Origin: Candidatus Thorarchaeota archaeon
GTDB taxonomy: Archaea > Asgardarchaeota > Thorarchaeia > Thorarchaeales > Thorarchaeaceae
Direction of reading: 5' to 3'
Length of the DNA: 64,000 nt
Assembly: GCA_048882385.1 (NCBI GenBank)
Contig: JBHLRQ010000001.1
Span: 13,340 to 77,339 of the forward strand
Shown: piece after piece, positions 28,518-38,619 of the stretch
How the letters are laid out: each line of letters opens with the position of its first letter
How positions within the stretch are numbered: the stretch's first letter is position 1
The notes under the pieces: model-generated
Databases searched by the model: none
Seen by the model: only the letters and a program-made list of their open reading frames with translations
What the model was told of the DNA's origin: nothing
Position numbers and translations under genes: made by a program

Positions 28518-28599
28518 CTATAGAAACCCCTGTTTCTTTGACGTTTCTTCTCGAGGTGAAACATCATCTTTCGTCTTATCAGGATTGCTGGGAGCAATA

Positions 28600-30114
28600 T
28601 CACTTGTCTGCCTTTTTTATAGCATCCGTCAAGTTCTTTGTAATTGATTTTGGTTCATACTTTCTTTGACGAATCTTGACAAATGTTGGCACGGAAACTG
28701 TTTCACCAACGAAAAGTGCTTCGCCAATTTCAAGCGTTGTGATTGCATCAAGAGATGGCCGGTCAATTCCTTCACTTGACCGCCCAATATGGTCCAAATC
28801 GTATGGATTTGTACATCTAAGAATAGCTTGATTGCTACACTGACTCAATACGGTTGTAGAGAGCTTGACTGGTCTCTGCGATACAAGACAGAGAAGTGCA
28901 TAGAATTTACGACCTTCTCGTGCGATTGTTTCTATGCGGCTCTTGGGTAATGCCAGCTCATGACGACTCTCTGGACAGAATTGATGTGCTTCTTCAAGAA
29001 TAAGTAAGAAAGGTGGAATTTCTTCTCTTCTCCGTAGATGAAGAAGTTCACTGGTTAAGAATGAAACAACAATCTGCTTCTTCTTGAGACTAATGAAATC
29101 GCTTAGGTCGATTAGTGTGATTTTCCCAGGTCGGACAATATTCTTGACACTTGGAACAGCTTCTTTGCCAAACAAACGTGTTTCGTCAAGATTGATCAAC
29201 CATCCTGTCAAAGCCTCACGAGTATTTTTACTGATGGATTGGTCTTCACGAATATATTCCACTAGGTCAGCCAATGTGTATCCTTTTTTCATAGATGTCT
29301 TTATTTCAGAAACAACACGTCTCAAATCTCGGACTTGGATTGAGCTCATATCAGCTACAAGAGATCCTATCGTTTCAGCGGAAAGCATCTGAACAGGAAT
29401 CTGAAAATGTGATCCTCGGATATGCTCAATTTCAAAGTGTCCTGTAGGTAGTCCGAATTCTTCTGGAGTCAAATCTTTCAGGTAAGTGTACTCACCATGA
29501 ACATCTACAACGACAACTGAAAGGCGTCCTTTTTCCTTAGATCGCTGTAGAAGTTCTTCTAGTAGTACAGACACAAAGTATGATTTACCGGCTCCACTCA
29601 TTGCCAGTATTGCAAGATGTTTCGATAACAGACGGTCTGCAGATGGTGCAAATTCAAGATCTTGGTAGGCTAACCGACCCAGATGGAGTCCATCTTTCAG
29701 ATCCATCTTCAGGAATGCTGCAAGAGTTTCTACATCTGCACGGCGTACTATAGCCCCTGGCGACACTGTAAAATATGGACGAACTGTTCTTCCATTTGAC
29801 CAAAGACCAAGGACTCGTGTCATAGCAATAGTGTACTGCCATCTATCGGTAGGAAATATTGATCGTAGTTGTTCTCCTCTTGATTGATATTCTCGTACCG
29901 CTTCTGCATGTTGGTAGTAACGATTTGTGCGTATAAGGTCTTGAACTCTAGCAATCACTGTTCCAGCATCAGTTACGACTGATACGAACTCGCCACGCCG
30001 AGCGATAATTTCTCGAGGTCCGCCTTCAAGTACAAATGAGAATTCCATGACATTGGGACCTGAGTCAGTTGAAACAACGGTACCAAGGCGAGTACCAGCA
30101 GGAAATTCTGTCAT
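28600..30114 (-). CDS. herA: HerA-type ASCE ATPase / helicase (COG0433, DUF87)
   Basis: N-terminal HAS barrel; Walker A AILAMSGAGKSYF; Walker B LLILEEAHQF; REGRKFYALLCLVSQRP. Confidence 0.8.
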   Translation of the reverse strand: MTEFPAGTRLGTVVSTDSGPNVMEFSFVLEGGPREIIARRGEFVSVVTDAGTVIARVQDLIRTNRYYQHAEAVREYQSRGEQLRSIFPTDRWQYTIAMTRVLGLWSNGRTVRPYFTVSPGAIVRRADVETLAAFLKMDLKDGLHLGRLAYQDLEFAPSADRLLSKHLAILAMSGAGKSYFVSVLLEELLQRSKEKGRLSVVVVDVHGEYTYLKDLTPEEFGLPTGHFEIEHIRGSHFQIPVQMLSAETIGSLVADMSSIQVRDLRRVVSEIKTSMKKGYTLADLVEYIREDQSISKNTREALTGWLINLDETRLFGKEAVPSVKNIVRPGKITLIDLSDFISLKKKQIVVSFLTSELLHLRRREEIPPFLLILEEAHQFCPESRHELALPKSRIETIAREGRKFYALLCLVSQRPVKLSTTVLSQCSNQAILRCTNPYDLDHIGRSSEGIDRPSLDAITTLEIGEALFVGETVSVPTFVKIRQRKYEPKSITKNLTDAIKKADK

Positions 30115-30117
30115 TAT

Positions 30118-31281
30118 TTATCCTCCAAAAGGGTTCCGTGATCGTCTTTTCTCAAGGGATATGTAGGTGAGTCCAGATAGTGCCATGAGTCTGTCTATAA
30201 TTAGCCGCGTTTCATTAGCTGTTATCTTTGCTCTTGCATCTGCTTCAAGAATGGGAGTAGGAATACCATATTCGGGATGTTGTGAGGAGAGAGGTAATAT
30301 TGCTGATAATGCTGCATCGATTTTGGATGTGTCAATAGCATCCTCATCCTCTGAGAGATATTCAATCCTAAGAGGCAAGTCGTCACGTGCTGTTTTGAGG
30401 TATGTAACCCAAATTGAAGGTGCCCAGCTAGACAAGTCTTCAGACAAATTGTTTGTATTGAATTGCAATTCTGAAGAATATCGAAATACAAACGATCTTT
30501 CACCTTCTTCTAGAAATGTGTCGAGAAGATCACAGTCTCTTGAAATTTTAATTAGCCATCTATAATCAACGCCTTGCATCATTTCAAAGATTTCAGGATT
30601 ACGAATGATGTGTGGAAGTATTTCTCCCATCGTTGTAGCTACTCGGGTTGAACGACTGTCCTTGACAATGCCTATCAAAATTGTTTGTTTCTTTCGAGCT
30701 TTATTGTAAAGCTGTTTGTATAGTGCAAGGACCTCTTGAAATTTTTCAAAAACCATGGACCCACTTTGTGGTCGGTCTCTTGGATGATAGAAAAGTGATC
30801 CGTCAAGTAGAATAAGATAAGGCCGAAATTCCTCTATGACCGATAGGGTCACTCGAAGTTCTGCTGCAATTCGTTCAAGTGATGCAAGCTGGTCTAGTTC
30901 CGCACTTGAAAGGGTCAGCATCAGGGGCATTATTTTGGGTTCTGGAAAAGCATCTGGGTAAAAATCAACAACAGGTCCTTCTTCTGGGCCGAAGTGGAAA
31001 ATAACTGCAACACCTCTTGTCAGAACCAAATCCATGGATCTGAAGCGTTTTCGTACAAGACCCCCGTCAACACCAACGATTTTGAGTCCAGGTAGGGTTG
31101 TCGACTTAATCTTAGTTATTAGTGGTGTATCGATTATATTTGATGCAACAGCTGGAAATTTACTCAAGTCAATTTTTTTCTTGACGTTTCGAAGCACGTT
31201 TCCGAACTGTTTTCTTGTAACTTCGATATGTTCGATTTCCTCAACTAGTTTTGACAACATCTTGTCGAGATTGCGTTCCAC
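30118..31281 (-). CDS. nurA: NurA 5'-3' nuclease
   Basis: NurA motifs IVGVDGG, LILLDGSLFY and IGIVKDSRS. Start overlaps the pyrG stop. Confidence 0.7.
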   Translation of the reverse strand: MERNLDKMLSKLVEEIEHIEVTRKQFGNVLRNVKKKIDLSKFPAVASNIIDTPLITKIKSTTLPGLKIVGVDGGLVRKRFRSMDLVLTRGVAVIFHFGPEEGPVVDFYPDAFPEPKIMPLMLTLSSAELDQLASLERIAAELRVTLSVIEEFRPYLILLDGSLFYHPRDRPQSGSMVFEKFQEVLALYKQLYNKARKKQTILIGIVKDSRSTRVATTMGEILPHIIRNPEIFEMMQGVDYRWLIKISRDCDLLDTFLEEGERSFVFRYSSELQFNTNNLSEDLSSWAPSIWVTYLKTARDDLPLRIEYLSEDEDAIDTSKIDAALSAILPLSSQHPEYGIPTPILEADARAKITANETRLIIDRLMALSGLTYISLEKRRSRNPFGG

Positions 31282-32960
31282 TAGTTTTTCCCTCTCACCT
31301 TCTTATATTCCAGTGCGGCCCTTATTAGGCCCAAGTAAAGAGGATGTGGCTTATCTGGTCTTGATTTGAACTCTGGATGATATTGAACTCCGATCCAGAA
31401 AGGATGATCAGCATGTTCTATTGCATTGATTATGCGTCCGGTTGTGTCATGAGCGGATACTTTCAAACCCTTTTCATCCATCTTATTCAAGTATCTGTCA
31501 ATTAAGTGAAATCTATGACGAAATCGTTCACGTACCAAGTCAGTTTTGTAGATTTCATGTAGTCGTGTACCTTTAACGATGACTACTTCGTGACCTCCAA
31601 GACGCATGGTCCCACCCTTATCATCTATGATTTTTTGTTCATCCATTAAATCAACAACTGGATAAAGACTGTCAATATCGACCTCAGTAGTATGAGCACC
31701 TTTCCAACCCATTACTTTTCGAGCAAAAGCAACAGTGGATAATTGAGCACCATAGCAAATTCCGAGTAGCGGAATCTTGGAATCTAACGTGACGTTTGCT
31801 GCACATATCATCCCTTCTACACCACGTTCTCCAAAACCAGGTGTTAGAAGAACTCCATCTACATCTGATAGATCTTCAAGAAGACATTCTTCAGTACATC
31901 TCTCTTCTGTTTCAATCCATTTTATTTCGACCTGTGCTCCACAAGCTGCTGCAGCGTGTGATAATGCTTGATTGATACTCTTGTATGAGTCACCAAGTGT
32001 CGTATATTTACCCGGCATAGCAATGACTACTGTTTCAGATACATTTTCAAAAGACTTGACAATCTTTGTCCAGTTTTCGGTATTGGGCTCTCTCTGTTCT
32101 AACCCGAAATGATCTACAATAATGGTGCCTAACTCCTCCTCTTCAAAAGATAATGGAAGTTGGTAAATTACAGGAATGTCTGGGTTGGAAATGACTCTCT
32201 CCTTTGGAACATTGCAAAATAGAGCAATTTTTTCCTTGGCAGAATCCGGAAGACGCTTCTCAGCTCTGCATATCATAATGTCAGGTTGAAGACCTAGGCT
32301 TTGGAGTGTTCTAACACTATGTTGCGTTGGTTTGGTTTTGAACTCTCCAACCGATTTTATGTATGGTACAAGTGTGACATGAACTACAGCTGTATTGTCG
32401 TGGCCTAGTTCGCTGACAAATTGTCGTACTGCTTCAAGAAAAGGACTGGCTTCGATATCACCAACAGTGCCTCCAATTTCTACCAATAAAACATCTGGGA
32501 CTGGTTCTTTCTTAACTACTTCCCAGATTCTTTGTTTGATTCTTTCAGTGACATGTGGGATAATCTGCACAGTACGGCCGAGAAAACTCCCCTTTCTCTC
32601 TTCAAGAATGACGGATATATAGATTTGACCAGATGTGATATTCTGTGATGGGTGAACTTCCATTCCTGTGAATCGTTCGTAAGTGCCAAAGTCTAAGTCT
32701 ATTTCTGAGATTTGGAATTCGAAGTCATCAACTGGTTTGAACATCCAAGTCTGATCTGTTACAAAAACCTCACCGTGTTCAATTGGATTGAGTGTACCGG
32801 GATCAATGTTAAGATATGGATCAATTTTGATTATCCGAATACTATAGCCTCGAAACTGGAATAGTTTTGCAATCGAAGCTGTAGTAACTCCTTTACCTAT
32901 TCCTGAGAGCACGCCGCCTGTTATGAAGACAAAATTCGTTTTCTTTTGAATTGAACTCAA
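31281..32960 (-). CDS. pyrG: CTP synthase
   Basis: N-terminal synthetase P-loop GGVLSGIGKG, plus C-terminal glutamine amidotransferase GICYGAQ and H..E motifs. Confidence 0.95.
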   Translation of the reverse strand: MSSIQKKTNFVFITGGVLSGIGKGVTTASIAKLFQFRGYSIRIIKIDPYLNIDPGTLNPIEHGEVFVTDQTWMFKPVDDFEFQISEIDLDFGTYERFTGMEVHPSQNITSGQIYISVILEERKGSFLGRTVQIIPHVTERIKQRIWEVVKKEPVPDVLLVEIGGTVGDIEASPFLEAVRQFVSELGHDNTAVVHVTLVPYIKSVGEFKTKPTQHSVRTLQSLGLQPDIMICRAEKRLPDSAKEKIALFCNVPKERVISNPDIPVIYQLPLSFEEEELGTIIVDHFGLEQREPNTENWTKIVKSFENVSETVVIAMPGKYTTLGDSYKSINQALSHAAAACGAQVEIKWIETEERCTEECLLEDLSDVDGVLLTPGFGERGVEGMICAANVTLDSKIPLLGICYGAQLSTVAFARKVMGWKGAHTTEVDIDSLYPVVDLMDEQKIIDDKGGTMRLGGHEVVIVKGTRLHEIYKTDLVRERFRHRFHLIDRYLNKMDEKGLKVSAHDTTGRIINAIEHADHPFWIGVQYHPEFKSRPDKPHPLYLGLIRAALEYKKVRGKN

Positions 32961-33081
32961 GACATGTAGCCTCGATAATGTTAATCAATTGATTGTTGTC
33001 CAGTCCTGAACTGCGGCTGCAGTCACGCTTGGGCGTATAAATTGTTTGTTCAGTAATTAGCTGGTATGATGGATTTCGCGC

Positions 33082-33663
33082 TTATGAGATGGGTTGCGCA
33101 AGAACACTAGCACGCATCGCATTTTGAAAGAGGTACTGAAAGGCTTCTACAATATTGTGACCTTCTCGTGCGATACTCATAAACACTGGTACTGAAGGGG
33201 GTATCTTTAGATGTACTCTTAGTTGGTTCTCGTGTATTGCACTTGGTAAGTCTTGCTTATTCAGACATACAATCAATGGGAGAGGTCGTTCTTCCTCCTC
33301 AATCATAGACATAAGCTCATTCCAACTTGCTAGGTTCTCATCCTGTAGGTGTTCTTGGGAGTCAGCAACAAAAATCACGCCATCAGCTCCAACCAGCACA
33401 ACTTCTCTTGTAGATCTATAGAAATCCTGTCCTGTAGCAGACCAAATATGAGCATTTATCGTCCAACTATTACTCAGAGAGAAGGGGATTGTACCAAAGT
33501 CACAGAACATTGTTCGACCAACAGTATTCTCTATAGATGTCAGCTTTTCAGCATAATCTAGAGTAGAAAACAACCACCTTATTGAAGTCGTTTTTCCACT
33601 CATCGCAGGTCCAAAGAATACAATTTTCAAACCAACTGTACGATTTCCATAGTCAATGATCAT
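33082..33663 (-). CDS. MglA-like Ras-superfamily small GTPase
   Basis: G1 KIVFFGPAMSGKTT; G3 WSATGQD; G4 LNKQD. Alignable along its length to Thermus/Myxococcus MglA (GADGVIFVADS, AREGHNIVEAF). Confidence 0.75.
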   Translation of the reverse strand: MIIDYGNRTVGLKIVFFGPAMSGKTTSIRWLFSTLDYAEKLTSIENTVGRTMFCDFGTIPFSLSNSWTINAHIWSATGQDFYRSTREVVLVGADGVIFVADSQEHLQDENLASWNELMSMIEEEERPLPLIVCLNKQDLPSAIHENQLRVHLKIPPSVPVFMSIAREGHNIVEAFQYLFQNAMRASVLAQPIS

Positions 33664-33679
33664 GTTAGGTCCTCCATTC

Positions 33680-34600
33680 TTATGTTCCCCACATACTATC
33701 TACCCAAGCTCCTAGACCAGACAAAGTACCACTCTTAACACAGTCAGAGAAATCCTCATGCCATTCTGCTCTAATGAAATGGATCAAGGCTGGTAGTTCA
33801 CCACCATCCCAACCAATAGCTTCGTAAAGATTCCTTTCCGTGAGTGTTGTGGATGCACCAAGTTCTCTTGCTAATCGAATTCTTGACAATAACGTAACTG
33901 CTCTACGAGCAGCATGAACGTAGTTGTTAATCTCTTCCTCGAAAACATCTTGTGTGAGTTTATCGGATTCATCATCTAGTTTTAGAACTGCATTAAGGAT
34001 ATGGTCAGATACATTGAGCCCGCGAAGAGATTTTGTCAAAAGCCGTCTTATCCTCTCCAATGATTGTTTCTTGCGGATTAGTATCTTGTTCACAATTTTC
34101 TTTTCAACCTCAAGACTATTGTTCGAAGACCTAACAAGTGAGAATGTTAGTGATGATGGAGAACTAACCCTTAAGATTCCGCAGTTCCCTGAGTTTTTGA
34201 GTATGTGTGCTGTAACATCTTGAAGCGTGCTTTCAGTCACTTGGACTCCTAAGACTGTGAACCCGATTGGTACAGCCAATATCCATCCAGCAAAGTGTGT
34301 AATTCTATCCATAGCAAGTCTAAGATTTCCTGATAATCCACAAGCAACTGTTCTACTCACTTCGTAGTTATGTTTCTCTTCTTCCCAGACTGATAGTATC
34401 TCAGACTCAGAAGTGAAATCTCGCCAAAATACCAATTTATGACGATGTGGACTTAGTGTAGTAAGACTTTCAGTAATGTCATCTACAAGCTCAATATCCT
34501 CACCAGCCACGATTACGGGCATCCGTTCTAAGATAGTATTCAACAAAATTGGGAACTGATCACCCATTAGCTCGATCATTCGCATAATTGAATATGTCAT
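33680..34600 (-). CDS. hypothetical protein, 306 aa, middle gene of the Roadblock-MglA operon
   Basis: No family recognised; it has 4-nt (ATGA) coupling only with the upstream gene and is separated from mglA by 16 nt. Confidence 0.4.
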   Translation of the reverse strand: MTYSIMRMIELMGDQFPILLNTILERMPVIVAGEDIELVDDITESLTTLSPHRHKLVFWRDFTSESEILSVWEEEKHNYEVSRTVACGLSGNLRLAMDRITHFAGWILAVPIGFTVLGVQVTESTLQDVTAHILKNSGNCGILRVSSPSSLTFSLVRSSNNSLEVEKKIVNKILIRKKQSLERIRRLLTKSLRGLNVSDHILNAVLKLDDESDKLTQDVFEEEINNYVHAARRAVTLLSRIRLARELGASTTLTERNLYEAIGWDGGELPALIHFIRAEWHEDFSDCVKSGTLSGLGAWVDSMWGT

Positions 34601-35544
34601 GGTTCTCTCCTCGTCAACATTAAACCACTATCGGAACCCCCGGACAATAACAGCTCTTTCAGGTCTTCTGGGACAGCGGGCTTTACCGCGGCTGCTGACG
34701 CTAGAACTCGTCTAATCTCCTCGATATAGTGTTTCAGAAGCAGTCTCATGAGACCAAGTTTCTGACTATCCTTGTCAACCCACAAACTGAATACACCATT
34801 AGGAACTGCGTAGATGAAATGGCGAGTGTCGTCTGTTTCACATAGGACTGTCTGGAGAGAGCTATTCCTCAAAGTTCTGACCACTCTCTCTGAGGCATCA
34901 TGGAGTGCAAATGACATAGCAGCTAATCGGTCGTTAGTGAATCCTTCCAATGAAACTCGGACGCCTCCACTTAATGACAGAAATACAGATCCGATATTTG
35001 GGATACAATCATGAACTTGGCGTAATAATGCTCTGAGACTTAGTGCTTGAGAACGGTCGAGAGACATCATTGACCGAGAGATGCCATATGTTGTATCACG
35101 TCCTTCAGCGACTGCAAAGCCTTGGAGAACTTGTTTGGTTTCATCAAGACTATAGGATCGAAGAGGTGGAAGCCTACCATCTACATGTTGCCTCAGAAGA
35201 AAAGACAAACGAGATAGACTATCTTTCATTTCAATGAATAACGCAGCAAGATTCACTCTAGGGGCTGTAGTCACAGTAAGGAAATAATCCGGATCGTTTG
35301 GTAGAGATGCGAGAAAAACCTTCGAAGTATCGGACTCCATTAGCAGATAGTTGAAATCCCCATGGATTAATTTGGCAACACCGAATATAGCACAAGTTGA
35401 AGAGGCCACTGCGAAAACTTCGTCTTTACTAAACCATACTCCTGCGCTTGCAACAGGGAGCCCATCCTTTTGAATTAGAACTACGTTTTCTACACCGGTT
35501 ATGGCCTTAATGTTCTGTAGGGTTTCAGTTAGTTCATCGCTCAA
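34597..35544 (-). CDS. Tandem Roadblock/LC7 (MglB-like) domain protein
   Basis: Two Roadblock-like units. Unit 1: ITGVENVVLIQKDGLPVAS...FLTVTTAPRVNLAALFIEMKD. Unit 2: VSLEGFTNDRLAAMSFALHDAS...IYAVPNGVFSLWVDKDSQKLGLMRLLL. Confidence 0.6.
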   Translation of the reverse strand: MSDELTETLQNIKAITGVENVVLIQKDGLPVASAGVWFSKDEVFAVASSTCAIFGVAKLIHGDFNYLLMESDTSKVFLASLPNDPDYFLTVTTAPRVNLAALFIEMKDSLSRLSFLLRQHVDGRLPPLRSYSLDETKQVLQGFAVAEGRDTTYGISRSMMSLDRSQALSLRALLRQVHDCIPNIGSVFLSLSGGVRVSLEGFTNDRLAAMSFALHDASERVVRTLRNSSLQTVLCETDDTRHFIYAVPNGVFSLWVDKDSQKLGLMRLLLKHYIEEIRRVLASAAAVKPAVPEDLKELLLSGGSDSGLMLTRREP

Positions 35545-35631
35545 ATCCTCAGCCCCGGACGGATTGTTGGGTTCAATTTAGAATCCATCTCGTGACTATA
35601 TAATCACCACACAGAATTTGAGGAGGTGTTC

Positions 35632-36930
35632 TTACATGTGAATTAGGGCTGCATCGGGTACTTCTTGAAACACTGTACGTGCAGCCTTGCCAACTTTAAC
35701 ACGGTTCTTGTCAAATGTATATACTCTGATTACATCTAGGTATACTTTCATCATTTCCGCGATATTAGAATAATCTGAAAGATTGTGTGGAACTCTCTTA
35801 CCATCAATGATTTCAAAGATATTGATCTCCATAGGATCAAGTTGGTGGGGATTGTAAGGAACAGATGGTAGGGTGGGTACGTCAACTATGACTTCGTCTT
35901 TCCCAACTCCAGCCAAAGAAGCAATCTCTTCTTGAATGCTTTCACGGACTTTGCTTTTTGTCAGAATTTTGGAAACAAATCTATCTTGTGTATGAAGTAC
36001 CTTTTCAAAAGCGGATTTGTATAAGACACGTGAATCTAGAAGATTGACCATCTTTATGGCTTCTTTTGCATCTTCCGACTCAGAAGGGTCAATGCGCCGT
36101 ATTCTGGATATCAAGGCCATGTCATCTAGCTCGAGAAATTCTTCAGGTGATGAAAAGCTAGTCAGTTCTAGGGTATTGTCTGCTGCATTGATGAGCTTAA
36201 CCAACATTACTTCGACACTTCGTACAGTCTTGTGATAGTAAACATTTAGGAACATCTCATATCTGGCTACAAGAAAGGATTCCAAAGCTCCTCGTGCAGC
36301 TATGTCAAAATGCATCTGATAGTCTTTCGAGATTTCAATGCTATCAATTAGGCGATGTATATCAACTAATCCATAGTTGACTCCGCAATAGAAAGAATCT
36401 CGGATTAAGTAGTCCATTTTATCTGAATCTATCTGACCTGCGACTATTCCTGCAATGATTGAGTCCTTCTTAGTCTTTTGACGGCCTCGAACAAGGTCGC
36501 CAATACGTTTCTTGGAAATACCATCAGCTTCTAGCAGGTCTCCAAGTTCACTTTTGAGAATTATCCATTCAGTTACGTCCTCGTGGTTCATTCCACGTTT
36601 CTCTAGCAGTACTTCTTCAAAGACATGACTGAATGGACCGTGTCCAATATCATGAAGTAATCCTGCAATTCGTACTTCCTGTAGTTTTTGTTCTCCTAAC
36701 CCCATTCGATCTAGAAGTCTTCTGCCACTCAATCCTGCAAGATACATCACACCAATACAGTGTGCAAATCGAGTATGTTCAGCTGTAGGATATACAAAGT
36801 GCCCACCTGAAAGCTGTTTTATTCTTCTTAACCTCTGATAAGGTTGTGAGTTGATTATCTTGGCTTCAATATCTGTTAGACCAATGAATCCATGAATAGG
36901 GTCATTGATTTCCATAGAGAATTTCATCAA
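35632..36930 (-). CDS. HD-domain dNTP triphosphohydrolase-like protein (dGTPase / SAMHD1 family)
   Basis: HTRFAHCIGVMYL and LLHDIGHGPFSH HD motifs. Confidence 0.8.
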   Translation of the reverse strand: MMKFSMEINDPIHGFIGLTDIEAKIINSQPYQRLRRIKQLSGGHFVYPTAEHTRFAHCIGVMYLAGLSGRRLLDRMGLGEQKLQEVRIAGLLHDIGHGPFSHVFEEVLLEKRGMNHEDVTEWIILKSELGDLLEADGISKKRIGDLVRGRQKTKKDSIIAGIVAGQIDSDKMDYLIRDSFYCGVNYGLVDIHRLIDSIEISKDYQMHFDIAARGALESFLVARYEMFLNVYYHKTVRSVEVMLVKLINAADNTLELTSFSSPEEFLELDDMALISRIRRIDPSESEDAKEAIKMVNLLDSRVLYKSAFEKVLHTQDRFVSKILTKSKVRESIQEEIASLAGVGKDEVIVDVPTLPSVPYNPHQLDPMEINIFEIIDGKRVPHNLSDYSNIAEMMKVYLDVIRVYTFDKNRVKVGKAARTVFQEVPDAALIHM

Positions 36931-36952
36931 GCTTCACCATTTTGCATACGTG

Positions 36953-37696
36953 TTACATCTGAGGGTCGAATAATCGGACTTCACGAATCAGCTCCTCAGC
37001 AGTCTTAATCTCTGAAACACACAAGGGAATGTGGATACTTTTCGCGATTTGTACAGCAACAGAATCTATCTCTTTGACTCCTTGTAATATGACTACAGCA
37101 GGTTTTATTGCAATGGAAGTACCTATCTGGCTGGCTTTTATAGCAGCCATTGGAGACCTTCCTGTAGTTACATTAGTAAGAATAGCACCACGTTGCGTCG
37201 TTCCACCATATAGGCGAAGAAGTTGTTGAGGCGTAAGACTCACTATTGCCTTTATACTATCAAGTGCTGTATATCCATAGATGTCTCTATCAAGTAAGTT
37301 GTGATGTGTCAGTACTTTGCAGTTAAGATGTTCAACAAGTAGACGAGCCGGGATGGGAACTCCAAACTCTCGGCTATCAAGAATGGCATCAGAAGCAATC
37401 TCTGGAGTAATTAGCTTTTCAAGTGCTTTTGCGATTCTTCCTCCATCGACAGCGTCCATCTCAATTAATCCTTCTACAAAGCGCTTGATAGTTTCTACAC
37501 GTGGTGATTTTCTTCTACCACTTTCATAGTCACTTATGACTGATGGTGATACGTTTAGATGCTTTGCTAGGTCTTTTTGGGAGATATGAAATCGTTCACG
37601 CCAACGACGCATTATCGATCCAGGGTCATTTTCAGCAAGGCATATCTCACCAGCCATTGCCTCTGCAAGCCTCTGGAGTGCCTCACTATTGTCCAT
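36953..37696 (-). CDS. HTH (XRE-like) transcriptional regulator, COG1395-type
   Basis: N-terminal HTH ISQKDLAKHLNVSPSVISDYESGRR plus a C-terminal conserved domain. Confidence 0.55.
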   Translation of the reverse strand: MDNSEALQRLAEAMAGEICLAENDPGSIMRRWRERFHISQKDLAKHLNVSPSVISDYESGRRKSPRVETIKRFVEGLIEMDAVDGGRIAKALEKLITPEIASDAILDSREFGVPIPARLLVEHLNCKVLTHHNLLDRDIYGYTALDSIKAIVSLTPQQLLRLYGGTTQRGAILTNVTTGRSPMAAIKASQIGTSIAIKPAVVILQGVKEIDSVAVQIAKSIHIPLCVSEIKTAEELIREVRLFDPQM

Positions 37697-37844
37697 ATTT
37701 GGTCTGCCCTCGTGATTCGTAGATAAGAGTTACGTATATACTGATTTGCGATTCGTTAGTGACTGAAGGATGCTTGATTGAGAAATTTGGATAATACCGA
37801 AGAACTCAAAGAGGTTGTTTTGACATTGTGCGTTGGGGCTTCAA

Positions 37845-38609
37845 ATGTTCTTCACATTTATTGTCGGTACTGCAGGTTCAGGTAAATCCTTGCTAACATC
37901 TTCATTGGAGAAGTGGCTAGTTGGGTCGGATCTAAGTGTAACTGTAGTCAATCTAGATCCAGGTGTGGATTCACCTCCGTATACAAGTGATGTCGATATT
38001 AGGGAGTATGTGGACTATGGTGAAGTGGTTCGCTCATTTGGTTTAGGTCCTAACGGTGCTCTTGTTGCATCGTTGGATATGGGAATTAGTCACGTAAACG
38101 ATTTGCGAGATGAGATTATCGACACTGAGAGAGACTACGTTCTTGTTGACTGTCCAGGACAAATGGAGCTTTTTGCATTCCGTAATTCCGGACCATTGAT
38201 GGTTTCTAGTCTTAGAGGAGATGATCCAGCACTTTCTTTGTATCTTCTTGATTCAAATATTGCACGTACACCGACCGGGTATCTCTCATCAACTCTTCTT
38301 GGGATTTCAATCAGTATTCGGTTTGGACTTCCACAATTGAACATCCTGAGTAAACCAGATATTTTGAATGAAACTGAATTAGAGGAGTTAGTTGGCTGGG
38401 GGAATGAGCTCTATTTGCTAGAGGATGCACTTGAAATGTCTGATGAAGGATTACGTCGAGAATATTCTAGAGCGATTCTTGAGATGCTAGAAACACTTGA
38501 CACAGCTACAGGTAGTGTGCCAGTTTCTGCAAAAGAAATGACAGGGATTGATGTGTTATACGGAGAGATGCAACGCGTCTTCTCAGGCGGTGACAATCTA
38601 TACGAGTAG
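37845..38609 (+). CDS. GPN-loop GTPase
   Basis: P-loop FIVGTAGSGKS; the defining GPNG motif (GLGPNGAL); VDCPGQMELF. Confidence 0.8.
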   Translation: MFFTFIVGTAGSGKSLLTSSLEKWLVGSDLSVTVVNLDPGVDSPPYTSDVDIREYVDYGEVVRSFGLGPNGALVASLDMGISHVNDLRDEIIDTERDYVLVDCPGQMELFAFRNSGPLMVSSLRGDDPALSLYLLDSNIARTPTGYLSSTLLGISISIRFGLPQLNILSKPDILNETELEELVGWGNELYLLEDALEMSDEGLRREYSRAILEMLETLDTATGSVPVSAKEMTGIDVLYGEMQRVFSGGDNLYE

Positions 38610-38619
38610 TGATGGATTT

